A stretch of DNA of 64,000 nt from NCBI GenBank assembly GCA_937949525.1, contig CALEDT010000041.1:42709-106708 (forward strand). Reading direction: 5' to 3'. The notes under the pieces are model-generated. The model was not told where the DNA came from. It worked only from the letters and a program-made list of their open reading frames with translations, and did no database searches. Numbering within the stretch: position 1 is the first letter of the stretch; the number at the start of each line of letters is the position of its first letter. The stretch is from an uncultured Burkholderiales bacterium (GTDB lineage: Bacteria; Pseudomonadota; Gammaproteobacteria; Burkholderiales; Thiobacillaceae). Below are positions 63,681-64,000 of this stretch, in pieces. The position numbers were made by a program, and so were the translations under genes.

Positions 63681-64000
63681 TCATCGGCCCTCGGGTTTCG
63701 AGACGAAGCCGATGCGCACGAGCCCTGCTTTTGCGGCCTGCGCCATCACCTTGGCCACTTGTTCGTAAGCCACGCGGCGGTCGGCGCGGATGTGCAGCTC
63801 CGGCTGCGGCTGTTTTGCCGCCTCGGCGGCGAAGCGCTGCGGCAACTGTTCCAGCGTCACCGCCTCACCGCTCCAGAACAGGCTGCCATCCTCGCGGATG
63901 CCGAAGTCGATGTGCTCGGGTCGGGTGAGGTTGACGTGGCTCGATGCCTTGGGCAAGTCGATCTTCACCGCATGGGTGAGGATCGGCGCGGTGACGATGA
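63681..64000 (-). CDS. exbD: ExbD/TolR family biopolymer transport protein (5' end beyond window)
   Basis: ...APILTHAVKIDLPKAS...LHIRADRRVAYEQVAKVMAQAAKAGLVRIGFV. The reading frame continues open to position 64000. Confidence 0.85.
   Translation of the reverse strand, partial: IVTAPILTHAVKIDLPKASSHVNLTRPEHIDFGIREDGSLFWSGEAVTLEQLPQRFAAEAAKQPQPELHIRADRRVAYEQVAKVMAQAAKAGLVRIGFVSKPEGR

Overview
High-GC (about 66-67%) proteobacterial chromosome segment. The gene order looks betaproteobacterial from memory: glyQ-glyS-gmhB-plsC, mltA-apaG/rpe-gph-trpE, rplM-rpsI/argC/erpA. I support about 62 protein genes, almost all core functions: translation (typA, serS, glyQS, cca, rplM, rpsI), biosynthesis (thyA, ilvA, argC, trpE, rpiA, rpe, gph), envelope (slt, mltA, dsbC, tonB, plsC, gmhB), the methylcitrate cycle (prpEBCD) and signalling. 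I found no rRNA, tRNA, IS/transposase/integrase, CRISPR, phage or recognisable defence genes. Genes from 17933 down to 4011 form one co-directional minus-strand run of 18 genes, many joined by overlapping stop/start codons. The many long alternate-frame ORFs in the track are GC-driven artefacts. I do not see a clear-cut new multi-gene system. The leads most worth follow-up are: (1) a consensus sigma54 promoter plus strong RBS driving an unplaceable 51-codon ORF that reads antisense into an envZ/ompR-like operon; (2) two further sigma54 -24/-12 elements, in front of a PEP-CTERM protein gene and of the prkA-yeaH-spoVR triad, the latter with an NtrC-type dyad upstream; (3) a catalytically degenerate GGDEF (GREEF, intact I-site) membrane protein translationally coupled inside the glyQS-gmhB-plsC operon; (4) a Wolinella-type dihaem frdCAB inserted in the same block; (5) a CheY receiver fused to a long coiled coil and a C-terminal membrane anchor; (6) an aat-bpt-repeat protein-PilZ-thyA chain. 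c-di-GMP components are dense: PilZ, degenerate GGDEF, and a haem-sensor PAS-GGDEF-EAL with a STAS-like partner. All family calls come from reading motifs in the translations; no database search was possible.
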